DNA of 64,000 nt, from assembly GCF_964204645.1 (NCBI RefSeq), contig NC_134031.1, positions 18,049,910 to 18,113,909 of the forward strand, read 5' to 3'. The DNA is from Tubulanus polymorphus. Lineage: Eukaryota > Animalia > Nemertea. Below, in pieces: positions 39,838 through 52,955 of this stretch; position 1 is the stretch's first letter, and every line of letters starts with the position of its first letter. The notes beneath the pieces are model-generated. The model saw only the letters and a program-made list of their open reading frames with translations. It searched no databases and was not told the origin of the DNA. Position numbers and translations under genes: made by a program.

Positions 39838-40560
39838 AACAACCCCTCTCCCACCCCGCATTATATAGATTTCATTCAGTCATTCGTTGTCTTGATTTGC
39901 ATGTTTGCCTGTGAGCGAAATAAGAGTAACGCTTTAGTTATTGCTGCTGGATTTGGTCATCTGATATCGTGCTTATTCATTCTGAAGAGCTCCCTCCCTA
40001 GCGGTTCTACAGTTCCTCGTTCTGTGTTTCAATCTGTACTCGCCACAACTGTAAAATTGGATCCTTCAGTCACGTTTTGAATGTTGTGGAATCGTCACCT
40101 GAGTCACACGCTGACTCCACAATTGAGAAATTGTTCATAGTGAACCTCTCCTACTGAGTGTGGTGCCCCCTGGTGAACCCCCTACCCCCGAATGACTCAA
40201 GAAATTTCTGATGATATTTTCCATCGTTGTAGATACATATATCGATCGTTACTCGGGTGTTTGTAAAATGTGTTATGATAATATTTGAAATAAAGACCAC
40301 AATTTGAAATAAATCCACATAAATTCGTGTTTTTTTTTGTTCTTCATGCTCGATGAGAAAAATCAATGCTATCAATTCAAGAACTGAGAATGTTTTATTT
40401 GATGTATATTTTGAGCATCCGTTCAATGTAATGGTACATGAATTTTACAATGGAAAAATGTGTGTTTAAATGAATTTATAAATCGAAAACTAAAAAAAAA
40501 CAGGTTTAGAAAATTTATGATTTACAAAATTTATGTACAATTTTATTCTTAACCGATTCA

Positions 40561-42021
40561 TCACCGCATTACGAAAGTTGTGGTTAACGCTATCAGCAGG
40601 ATAGATAAACCAGTAATTGTCCGGTGTCCGCTGTTGCAGTAATTCCATCTGTTGCAGCAATGTTGAGTCAGTTGCATCAAACCAAACGACATCTTGATAT
40701 CGGGTTCGCATTTGAACGAGCATTTGTGATAAGAAATAGGGCGACCATCTCTCGTAGTACCGACAGCTTTCTGTAAAATAATAATACAACAACAAAAACT
40801 ATAGAACTTTAAAAAAGAAAGAAATTTAAACAATGGACATGAACAGATGGCACAAACTGAGGATCCAGTTTTGCAGTTTGCAGGTTCATGGTTCAATCTG
40901 ACAACGTGAACGTCGCCTAACTCGGGACAAACTGGAATCGGCAAAATTGATTCGAGTTGAAGATAGGAAACTACGTCAGGAAACGAGAAAATGATTTATT
41001 TTTCGTCCAGGTTTCACAAAAGACCTAGTTATGCATGGTACTGCAGAGGAACGAACTGTGGAACTGGGTCCAGAACTGTGAATCTCAGTGCTGAACTGTG
41101 GAACTGGGTCCTGAACTGTGAAACTCAGTGCTGAACTGTGGAACTGGGTCCTGAACTGTGAAACTCAGTGCTGAACTGTGGATCTGGGTCCTGAACTATG
41201 GAACTCAGTGCTGAACTGTGGATCTGGGTCCTGAACTGTGAAACTCAGTGCTGAACTGTGGATCTGGGTCCTGAACTATGGAACTCAGTGCTGAACTGTG
41301 GATCTGGGTTCTGAACTGTGGAACTCAGTGCTGAACTGTGGATCTGGGTCCTGAACTGTGGAACTCAGTGCTGAACTGTGGATCTGGGTCCTGAACTGTG
41401 AAACTCAGTGCTGAACTGTGGATCTGGGTCCTGAACTATGGAACTCAGTGCTGAACTGTGGATCTGGGTACAGAACTGTGGAACTCAGTGCTGAACTTTG
41501 GTACTGGGTCCAGAACTGTGGAACCGTGGAACAAGATCTTACCAGACAATATCTGCCATAATCACATTCGCCCTCTCTCTGTCCCGGTTGTTGTGTTGCG
41601 TAACATTTTTTCTTCCACCAGTTGAATCCTCCCTTACACGTCATATCGTAACATCTTAAACCAGACACATCTTAAACCAGACACATCATAATCATAGATT
41701 CATAGATTATATAATCAGGGTAGAAATTTAATACACAGAAATTCAATGATTTTATAAATCAAGAAATTTGCGAGGAGCGAAAATCATAATAAGAATCCTT
41801 GAATATTTGACACTGGGGATTATTTGGTAATCAATCAATTGTTCGGAAAGAAAGTAGAAATGTAGTTAGTGTAAGTAAACAAATACATGGTTAGCAGTCA
41901 CTGACAGCGCGGTTCCGTATCTATTGATATTATGAAGAAAATACATTACGATCCTACCTGCGACAAACGTCAACGCAAACAAACAGCCAAACAATCCGTA
42001 AATTGAAACTTTTCCGATCAT
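40561..42021 (-). CDS. Ly6/uPAR (three-finger) domain protein with signal peptide and GPI-type C-terminus, 133 aa
   Basis: Exons 41958-42021, 41543-41670 and 40561-40770 give MIGKVSIYGLFGCLFALTFVADVSGLRCYDMTCKGGFNWWKKKCYATQQPGQREGECDYGRYCLKAVGTTRDGRPISYHKCSFKCEPDIKMSFGLMQLTQHCCNRWNYCNSGHRTITGLSILLIALTTTFVMR. Ten Cys in the mature domain, LxCY start, CCxxxxxCN end, hydrophobic tail. Confidence 0.85.
41053..41530. repeat. 40-bp (2 x 20-bp) minisatellite, about 12 units
   Basis: Alternating gaactgtggatctgggtcct / gaactgtgaaactcagtgct. Confidence 0.95.
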
Positions 42022-42579
42022 TTTATCTCGATCGGAATTTGACTGAGATTCCGGAAACTCCCCTCTGTATATTTGCTAATGACGCTCAAATTCGAGTTCG
42101 GGTCTAGTATAATGAACACATGTAGTATATACGTATATATATATATATAAATGTATATAGTTATATATAGGAACGTACTGTAATAAAAGAGTTGATCTTC
42201 AATCTACTTCAAAAGAATGTTAGTAAAACTTGTTTCTAAAATGGCCATTGAAATCGGGGCTATACGCGTGAGCGAGTACCCGTGACGGGTGCCGTCACCG
42301 TGCTGAAAATAATCACAGTACTGGTGTTTACAAGAGCCCCTCACAGAACACTAGCGAACTTACCGCAGACGTCCCGTAGCTATATTATGTGATATTACGA
42401 TTATTAGCAAGGATAATTAAACCGTTTATTGAAACGAGACCTATGACCAAAAAGCGTTATCTTTTATACTAATGATATTGAGCTAACCAGTATCCTGGGT
42501 TTCCACAGAAGCATTTTCAGTTCATGATCTGCGTGTATTTACTCGACGAAAATCTCTCTGAACTTAACGTAAAGGATCA

Positions 42580-43065
42580 ATTGTTATTCTTCTTCGATGG
42601 AAATCCACTCGATGGGTAAAGCACTGGAAATACCCCTTAGACCCTACAGAAAACTTCTAAAACTTCCTAAAATCATTCAAACAGTGTTTAAGATATATAA
42701 TATCTACGAAATCGAAACGTATTAACATTACTCATAGATAAGTTAATAAGGCAGCGTAATTATTTGTGTAACGCATTTGAACTTATTTAGAAACGACTGT
42801 CGCTGAATCATCGACATCCAGCATGAATTGGTTATCACGCAACAATTGTACAGTCGTTTCTAAATAAGTTCAATAACGTTAGACAATAATTACGTCTACT
42901 AGTTAACAAAATTACAAGTAATTTGAATATGTTTTGATTTAATAGACGTAGTTGAAACAATGTGTGCTTTCATTTCGGGAGGTTGTAGTAACCTTCTGTG
43001 AGGTCCGAGGCGTATTTCGACGTTTAGCCCCATCTATGAGATTTTCGGTGAACCAAAATAACAAA
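42580..43065. repeat. Long imperfect inverted repeat (foldback)
   Basis: Perfect 24-bp core 42777-42800 / 42850-42873; collinear diverged arms of about 220 bp. Confidence 0.8.
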
Positions 43066-43491
43066 CATCTTTTGTGTGAATTCCCATAGGAATTTTAAAT
43101 ACAATTTCACCTACATAGGGAAAAAAACGGGGTATCCTGGGTTCGAACCTAGTAACTACTGACGCTGTTTCTGAGAATGGTCCTGATGCTGAATCATCGA
43201 AGAAGATACACGGGAGAGTCCCAGGTTCGAAGCCACTTCCACGGTATCCAATATTGAGAGAAAGGACGCAGTTTAACAGTTTTAATTAAGTGAGTTTGGA
43301 TTGATCGATCTAATTTGAAATCTAACAGAAAACCGTTGCACAGGCACCACATAGATATCTGAGACAAAAAACTGTAAAATTCTAAATTAATCTCTATATT
43401 TCAGTAACTATATAATAAATTCTGTGATAAATGCTGTCGGTGCCGTTGTTGTAACGTCGATTAAACTTCTTCCTGAAATCCTTTTAGCCAA

Positions 43492-46400
43492 TCAGACAGT
43501 CGTATGCGTACACTCAACGACCTCTTTTAGCGGAATTTCACTTTCGTTCGGTTTCCTTTTCGACCTAAATTCACAAAACGCGATATTTACTTAAAAACAT
43601 TTTAACGAATATTTAAAATGCATTGAATTCAAATTATTTTCCTTTGTCATTAGAACAAAGATAACTGTTGAAAATTCCACCAAAACTTACTTTCCGAAGT
43701 TCTCTCCATCCTCGAGGGTTTCCGGAAGTTGTTTCCCGTGTGTTTCCGGTAGACGGGTATTCAGCATTCCAACAGCTATTGCAGAAGCTCCGAATATAAT
43801 TGTGGGTAATGGCGCCCAAACAGTGTTCTGGAAATTATACAGATCAAAATATCCAATCAAATAACTGTAGACCTGACCAGAAAACATGGTTCCTCTCCTA
43901 AAAATCCCCTATGACATCATTGAATTGCCAAGTGAGCCTTTAGAAAAGATGTCTGCATCCATCAATCTCCCTATGACATCATCAAATAACCAACGAGCAA
44001 AAATCCTACTCAAAGATAAGACATGTTTTTTTAAGGACGGGCACAATTTATTGCGAATATACGAACCAGCCTAGCGACCTGTGGAGCGACTAGACCACCG
44101 AATCGCGCAAACATCGAACCAGCACCGACCCCTACATTCCTAACAACAGTCGGGAATAGTTCTGCTGAATACAGATAGACGATCGTAAATGCGACTGAAT
44201 CTGCTAGTTTTCCGATCGACGATATCGCGATTAGAAGCCACGTTAAATCTGAAAGGGGAAATTTAAAAAAAAGAGTTTTATTATAATCGGAAAACAGAAT
44301 GGAGGGGTATTATGCAGATATCAATCAGTTTAAAAAAAATGTGCTAATAGAATGTCTAATATCTAGTGTTTGTAGTTCATGTCCTATTAAAAATGTCTCA
44401 GGTATAGTACTGAACACATGTAAAGTGTGGACGATCTATCTTTGAATGAGTGCTGATAAAATTTCCAATGCCTGGCGTTTGTGGTTCATGTTAAATTGAA
44501 AATTTCTCGGGTGAAGTTCTGAACGCATGAGAAGTGTGGATGATCAACAATTGGAACAAAGGTGATTAAGTATCGAAATTCTGAAGGGTGCAGACTGATA
44601 GGGGTACAGAGTCCAGGTTGAGAGGTGCAGGTTCCAGGCGATTATTGAGTAAAATGTTCTTACTTTTAGTATCAAGTAAAGCTATACAGCACAGTAACAT
44701 CGTCCCAGCAAGAATGAATGCTCCAGACATCGTCCATCGTCTACCGACTCGATTCAACAATAAAATACACGTGACGTACGCTCCGATTTCCATAACTCCC
44801 GTTAACGCCGTGTTCACGTAAACATTGTCACCAAGACTTTTAGAACTCAACAATAGACCGTAATACAACAAACTAGCGACAAACCTGCAGCAAAAAATAA
44901 CAAAACAATAGAATTAACGTACACTTAGAAATAAGATATTTGAATTTAAAGCTAAATTAGATGGTCGGATGGCTGGGTTGTTGGGTGTAGTGGTGATTGG
45001 GAGAGTGTGTTGGGAGAAGGGTGGTGGGCAAGAGGAGTTGGGTAGGGCTGGATTAGATAAGTCATAGTAAAGATCAAACAGCACTAACAACAAGAACGAC
45101 GTTCCTATACGACGTTCCTTTGATTTAACGGTTCCTAGATTTAAATTTTAAACATATCATCAGGTGTTAGAAAGAATGAAAATCCCATGGAATTGATACA
45201 CGTACCAACTGGCGAATATGTTCAGCGAAGTCTTTCTCAGGTTTGGAGTTTTGAGCAAATCGAAGAAATTCGCTGACGATACATCATGACTCTCTTCTTG
45301 TTTCTAGAAAGAAAAAACCAGGCAGACGTCTTTACTTCCAAATCTAATTCCAAAATAACTTCCTGGCCTTATAGAGCTTAGGGTGCGGAGTCGAGCTTAA
45401 TTCCAAAGGTGGTCCTAAAACAAAGGCTGCTCTTAAGTTGTTGGATTGGTTATACAATCTACGTAGATCCAACGGAATCTTAAGCCTTGTGTGCAGATGA
45501 CCTCAGATGATTTGCCTAATGCGTAAGGTTTTGGGACGCATGGTCCAACTACGTTGAAATCTCTGACTGCTTACCTTGCCGGATAAGACTGAGAGATAGG
45601 TCGTCGTTCCATCGTGTTTACCATTTACAATAGCGATTTTCTGTATGACGACTTCAGCCTCGACAAATCGTTTCTTCTGTATCAACCAACGAGGAGATTC
45701 CGGAACCAGCCTTAGAATATAGACAATCATATCATTTCTTATCGAAAATATAGAAAACTATTTGAACTTCCCGGTCCCCAGTTCCACAGTCATGGCTTAT
45801 ATCTGAGACCATTCAAAAACCATCTTAGTTCTATAACCAATATGACGACTTAAGGCCAACTTAATCTTAGTTCAATTGCCAATCTAACAATTTCAGACCA
45901 GTCTAAGCCCGTCTAAGTTTTATAGCTTATAGTTTTAAGTTAATAACAGCCTAATATTTAAGACAACTTGTGAACTTAAGTCACAACTGTCATATGTAAA
46001 ACTGGTTAAAGTCGAATCCCGTTCAATCTAATAAATAAAACTTAGAAAATTATTTCTGAAAGTGAATTCTTACCAGTAACAAGCGAGGAATGGAACGGCA
46101 GAAAGGGCGATGAACAGTTGGAAGTAAATATGATCCCGGATTAACCAAGCTACACCCGGAGCAATTATAACACCGAAACAGAAACCCCACTGCGCCAATA
46201 CTCCGGCGTACATCCGGTACTTCTGACCCGTTATTTCTAAAACTAAAAAAAGGAGCAAAAATATATGTATTATTCTAAAAAAAATGTCTATTGTGTGTTT
46301 ACTGAACCTGACAGGGTCTTATAGATTCGAACTTTGTTCCACAAATTACAGAAAGTTTTCGTAATAAAAAAGGTAGCAATACACTGTGTAGGTTACCTAG

Positions 46401-47862
46401 ATTTTATTGAAATTACGAGCTTTCGTTACTGGTACATCGTTTATATATAAGACTTTGAAATCTTTATTACTCCAAGATATCAGGTTGATAACTTGTTTCA
46501 CCTTCAAATTAGACAATTTACAGGGTCAATCCCTCTTAAGATAAAAAAGGAATAACTTCTCTAACAAAATCAGTTAACCTACTACCAGTTTTCACATTTA
46601 CGACTTCTCTACAAATCGAAGACAAAGGTTTTTCGGAAATGAACTTACTGATAACGAAAGCGGTCGTGTAGGCGGCACCTGAGGTCGCCCCGATAAGAAA
46701 TCGGAAAGCGACGAAAACGTAGTAGTTTCCGACGAATGGTGAAATCACTCCGGTGACGATCTCAAGAACTATCGATATCATAAAACATTTAAACCGTCCA
46801 TATCTGGAATATCACACAGACAATCAGAACATGAACATCTACCATGGTTCAAAACGATAACATTTTCTAAATATTTCTAAGGTCAGAATAAAGCTCAGTT
46901 AGCTCAAGTTAAACGTGATACAATAAAACTCGCGGTTAAGTCGTCATCTGATAAGTCATCACTTCACTCAAGTCCATCTTTATTTCTCAGTCACTATTTG
47001 TATTTTCCAAATGAGTTGTATTGAGTGTATGTCGTCATTTGGATCAAGTCTACAACAATGATCCGTCACAACTTCAGCAGCATAACTGTATGCGTCTTAA
47101 CACGTGGGCTTGAAATCGTAAAACTTGTTTGATCGTTTGATGACGCTATTTCATGAGAATTGTGAAGTCAATATCGTTAATTGTTGCCACGTTAATTCAG
47201 ACTCACTATCATGTATGGATTCAAGTTTGGGCGGCTCCCAGATAGGGGTCGAAAATTACCTGTCGGACAGCGATCCGGACACAATGACACCGACAAAAAA
47301 TCCAGCAAAAAACATCGTACGAACCATCGAAACGAACCATTCCCGTTCGCAGAACAGAGAATACTGGAAAATACAGTATAATAACATTTAGAAGCAGATT
47401 CTATAGAACCAGGTCCCGGCTGGAGGGAGGGGGGAGATTACGCACTCTCACCTGTACGAGTATAGTATTCCCATTCTCAAACTCCCATTCCTCACAACGC
47501 CGAGTTCGATTCGACTGAAACCTCACCGACGATCGATTCCAATGCATCAAATCATCCACAGTCATTCGATCGTAATCATAATCATAATATTCACATTTAC
47601 TATATTTCGATTTACCGGACAGGTCGATCTCCATGGGAACGAAAATATCTCTCAGCGATTGTGTATTTTGATTGGTCAGTTCGGCTGACAGATTTACCAA
47701 TCGTTGGATGCGACACCAGTACTGCTGCTGATCCCCTCCGATGAACACTAGTGTTATAGTATGCCATGCAGTGGGGATTATAGCCACACCCAACAGGATA
47801 AACATACCCAGCTGGTATTTACCGAACTCCCCGACTCGCACTAGTATGTCGTCCAGCGACAT
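43492..47862 (-). CDS. SLC22-family organic cation transporter, 561 aa, 10 exons
   Basis: Exons 47452-47862, 47260-47363, 46649-46803, 46074-46242, 45575-45710, 45206-45303, 44664-44884, 44067-44248, 43691-43827 and 43492-43564 total 1686 nt. Motifs GEFGKYQ, LSDRYGR, VPESPRWL, ELFPTVVR, LPETHG. Confidence 0.95.
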
Positions 47863-49148
47863 GATTTCACCGGCGTCCGCTAGGTGTCGCTGATCACCAG
47901 GCCCAGGGATTCTTCAGAACGGTCTGGAATTAGACTTTAGATTTTAGATCTTTTGGAATTTACAGGGGTCATGGAAAAGTATGTCGCGGTGGTGGTCAGG
48001 TTTGGTTCCACAACTTCCTATCGTTTGGTCACGTTTGGCTACCGATCTTAGTCCCCTGGCGGGATCTTATTTCAAAACGAGATTCCGTGTAAAATAAAAT
48101 GTTCGAAATTCGGGATGGGTAAAATTGATTGTTGAAACATAACCAGTGGATAACTTACGTTACTTGACCCCAGAACATTTTCCTAATTTAATGATTAAGT
48201 CATTGGGGGAATAAGTCTAGATAATCGAAGACGAATGCACTGTTACTAAACGTGACCTATAAAGTCAAAAACCGACTGTAACAGACACTCATGTATGCTA
48301 TTTTTTTATTTCTATCAACTTTTTGCCTTTCCCATGAGAGAATGATTACCTAGATTTAGGTTGTTAGATTGGTAATAGCCGATAATAGCTTAGACTGATC
48401 TCAAGTTGTTAGATTGGTTATAGAACCTATATTATCCTAGACTGTTGTTTGGTCATAGAAGTAAGAGTTGTTAAATATGCTTTAGAACCAAAATTAGCTT
48501 AGACTGATCTTAAGTTGTTATATTGGTGATAAAACCAAAATGAGATTAAACTGGTCTTAAGTTGTTAGAATGGATATAGAACTAAAATGAGATTAAATTG
48601 GTCTTAAGTTGTTGGGTTATAGACATAACATGAGCTGTTAAATTTGTTTTAGAACCAAAATAAGTCTCATGATAGAACCAAAATGGCTTAGTCAAATTTT
48701 AACCAACAACTGTGGAAGTGGATCTTGGTTCTAGCTACTGATAAAACACAGCCTAATAATTCCCCCATAGGGCCTTTCCCTACGATTTAGTAAAACTATT
48801 GATACAAGTCAAAGACTTTCTTACCACCACCAACTAGCCGCTAGTATATAAACAATGATTGTTGAAGGAATGCGCGTCTAAAAATCCACCACATTCACAG
48901 AACAGCGTCATAATCGTGCACAGATTTGGGGCCAAATAAACACAACACATGATACGCTACGTTACAAAAATCTTTTTTTTAATCCAACGACCTTCCTAAG
49001 TTTTTTCTCTGTGCGCCGTGTGTTATAATTTGTTAACGTAAAGAGCAAATCCTGGATGAAAAAAAAACATGAACTGATATCTCTGACCTTAAGCATCAGA
49101 TCAAAGATTCTATCAACGAACTAGCACCCTTTACTCCCCATCCCCATC

Positions 49149-49435
49149 AAGATAATACCAGTCTATAAAACTGGCCCTTGGGCTCAGCTGTACAGATTTG
49201 ACTCGTGTCCAAAATTGATATAGACTGGTATGAAACTTAACCCGGGTGTTAACTCAGTGCCCAGGTTAAAGATAATACCAGTCTTTAAAACTGGCCCTTG
49301 GGCTCAGCTGTACAGATTTGACTCGTGTCCAAAATTGATATAGACTGGTAAGAAACTTAACCCGGGTGTTAACTCAGTGCCCGGGTTAAAGATAGTACCA
49401 GTCTATAAAACCGGCCCATGGGCTCAGCTTGTACA
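49149..49435. repeat. 120-bp tandem repeat (about 2.4 copies) of a MITE-like unit
   Basis: aagata(a/g)taccagtc at 49149, 49269 and 49389; internal inverted taccagtctata/tatagactggta; related fragment at about 13235-13270. Confidence 0.85.
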
Positions 49436-50785
49436 GTCGTGACAAACCTCAGAAATATCCGACCCCATATGAGCTCAGTTGATGAGTTTTGATTTTGAGT
49501 ATGTTACCTGTATCCTACCGGTGGCAGCGATGGCTGGAGTGAGAGTGAGGCAGTGGGCCTCGGCGATCAGCTCAGTCCGAGTTAGATCGAATTACACTTT
49601 GAACCAATCTCAGATAAAACAAGTTCATAAATCGAAAATTATTTTTTGATTCCGACGACAACTTCTTGAACTTCGTACTTTATAATAATTTCCTTGTCGT
49701 GATTTCAAAACAAAAACCTGTCTGACCGAAGTCCACGATTATATATTTTGAATATTCCAGGAATGATCAATAAACTCGGCCGCCATTCAAGTCGATCAAT
49801 CAGTTTCTAAATTATATCCTTTGTGTTTGTTATCGAATCTAGTAGACCGAGTTCTAGGTGAAAATCTGTTGACGCTTAGTTTCAAAACGAGAAACTGTTT
49901 CTAATTGTATCGCGATTGCATTTTTAAACAAGAACTGTGTGAATCGATTTATCCGCAAATTCAACCTAAATTCCTCACCCAGTCCTGGAAGTGGTTATAT
50001 CCACAGTGATCTCCGTCGCTCTACGGTCCTAATGTATCTGTGGTACTTGGTGTCTTGTGGTAATACGGTTCTTGGCGAACCTCCATTCAAGTTGATCAGT
50101 ATCTACAACAATTACATAAACTTTCTTTCGAATTTAGTTCAGTCTTGGTTCAAATCTAAGCTTTGGGTTGATCGAACCATCGAAAATAAACAGAATCTTA
50201 GTGATGTGAAATTGACCCTTAGATCTGTGAAATCGGATCCAGAACTCAATTCCACGGTTGTTGAAATCACAATTTTAGTTTCCGCGGACAACAAGTGACT
50301 GTTTGACATTAGTGAAGTAAAAACTCACGAGAATTCGATATTTCGTCCCAATTTTATGGCCTAGGGTTTACTTTATCATTAAGTATATTTCATAACTCTT
50401 ATTCTATATTTGATCAATTTCAATAATTGTTTTTGAGAAGATGTGATTATTTTGATATTTTGTGATTCACAATATACGTGATATTTTTCAAGGCGTCTTC
50501 AAACTTTCAAGTTGAAAATGGAGAATTATCGTTTATAATGTACTAGGTCTGGGTTGGACGATCTAGCTACGGGTGTCGAACGCGTTCACTTTGGATTGAA
50601 TCTAAAATTACAATTCTGATTAATTCGACCCCAGTCCCTTTAAACCTTCAAAACAATGACAAAATTCGAAGTAAAGCTGAATTTTATTGTAAATATAATA
50701 CTAAGCATAGTTTATTTGATTATGTATTTACAAATTATACAATTCGGGATCCAGTTCCACAGTTTCTCAGTTTTACTTACTCTAA

Positions 50786-51088
50786 AGCCAGGCGTAGGTC
50801 GACCTTGCGATGCGACGTGATCGTCGCATCGCGTCACAAGTGGCCGCGCAAGTCGGTTGCGATGCGGTTGTCAGCGACTGTGTGCGACTAGTTGCTGCCA
50901 GTCGCAACAGCACGCAGGTCGGTTGCGACGGTCGCCTCGCGTCGCAGAAAGTAGAACATGTGTGACTCATTGCGACTGGCGTCGCTGGCAGTCGCAAGGT
51001 AGCGCAGGTCGGTGAGTCGTTGCGACGCGATCGTCGCTAGCGGTCGCAGTGAGTTGCAAGCCGTCGCAAGGCCGACCTACGCCCGCCT
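50786..51088. mobile_element. PIF/Harbinger-like MITE (TAA TSD), CpG-rich, nested in a ccagttccacag-family remnant (50747-51171)
   Basis: taa|agccaggcgtaggtcgaccttgcga ... tcgcaaggccgacctacgcccgcct|taa (22/25 TIR match); dense GTCGC/GCGAC motifs inside. Confidence 0.85.
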
Positions 51089-52955
51089 TAAGAGTTCAAA
51101 TTAGTTCTTCATTTTCAATGTTTTGATCCTAGCGGAAATTAAAACACGAGACCTGTGTTTGGAACTGGATCCTGATGATCATTCACAATATCACCGATGG
51201 CAGGTTTAAAAAGAATACTTTATATGTTTTGGAAGTTTAAAACGAAAACAAAAATACATCGTTTCATTTGGCAAACACAGCAACAATATCTGAACCATAT
51301 AAGTTTTTTCAGTTCCATAATCGAGACTTACGTGAAAAAAAACCACTTTTCACACGGAAAGAACGTCCCTCCGATCATTTGTCTATCATCCAGTTGACCG
51401 AGTTCCCAGTTTCTCAATTACATAACATTCGGGAATTGGTTTTTCGTAAAAATTAAACGATGCCGAAATTAATAGATTTCTCTTCCACTCGTCTCTCAGC
51501 AGACGATCGCGAGAGATGAGTTTGAATAATAATCTTCAACGTCGTTTCGCTTGATACTTGACACGGTTTATCATAACAAGTGGAAACTGATTGAATGAAA
51601 ATTTATACTATTTCTCCTCTCCCTCTCTCCCTACCTCTCCTTCCTCTTTTTACTCTCTCCCCTTTTTCTCTCCTCTCTCTTCCTTCTTCCCTACCTCTCA
51701 CGTCAATGATCGAGTTTCGTTGGAACCGTAGCGACTGCAGCGGCGAAAGCCGTGGCAATAATTTACTGTATGACGTTTTTTTTCTTTCTATACTATGTTT
51801 TTTACGAAATTGAAGTAAATTCGCCGCGGCAATAAATGGAAAAATCGGCAATTTGCCGCGGCAATCAAAAATTACTTCCAACGCGCCTGAGCACCCCTCT
51901 TCCTCCCCTTCCCCTATCTTCTCCCCTCCCCTCTCTCTTCTCCCCTCTCATGCCCTCAAATATCAGGAGAAATAACACTTTTTTTTATATAACTAGCAAA
52001 ACGTCGTAACATTTGAAATAATGTCTCTCGATGAATTGACACAAACATGGAATGTTAACAGCATGGCGGCATTCTGATGGGCGTGGCATCCGTTCAGTCA
52101 TCAGACGTTTCACGTACAATCCCGCGTATTTATGAAGCAATTGTTTAGCGAGAACCTGAAAAGGAAAATAGAAGAATACATTAAGACTAGAATGATGATT
52201 CATCTTTCAGACAATTTGAGAATATCCCTGAATGCAAATCACCGCATGATCTGAGTAAAGTTCAGTCTACAGTTCAAGTTTAGTGATTTACCAAATACTT
52301 GAAGCTTTTTGCTCAGAAAGCTTCCAGGTTAAAGTTATGAAACACCCTTCCAAATTCACGAGGGGTACGGGGTGTCTGTGCACTCCAGCCAGAACCAGCC
52401 ACGAACGCAGCTATGGTCCATTTTTAACCAGTGGGGACGATTATCACTGTCCAAAAATCCCCTTATTCATACGCCTTTACAATAGATCTCCGAATTATGG
52501 GTCGGTCAGCAGCCCCATTATGATTCTCCACTTGATATGCCAATCGTTGTGGGCATCTGATATCGGGCGGGGAGGGGAGGGGGGGGGGGTGTGGAGACAT
52601 TTGTTTCTACGATCAAAGTTCAAAATTACTCCGTGCGGTCGTGACTTACATCATGATTATATTCTTGAATCGGGTGAATTGACTCAGAGAGCTGTTTCTA
52701 ACATAATCTAGAACTTGTGCATTCGCGATAATATTAACTATTTTGACAATTGGCAAACCATGTATTACCAACGTGACAAAATAAACACTTCATTCAGCAG
52801 TTGAACTTTTATGCAATCAAGTTTTGATTGTATAAGAATCCTGAATAGGCGAATTACATTTCAATGTAGTTCACTGCACACTAGTTTCATTTACTGGATG
52901 CGTGGACGAATTAACTTTTGAGTTTAAACGTCGATGCTTGAAGACGACATTTTAA

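Noticed and set aside
50782-50997. 71-aa Cys/Arg-rich ORF
   Set aside because: Lies entirely within the GTCGC-rich MITE.
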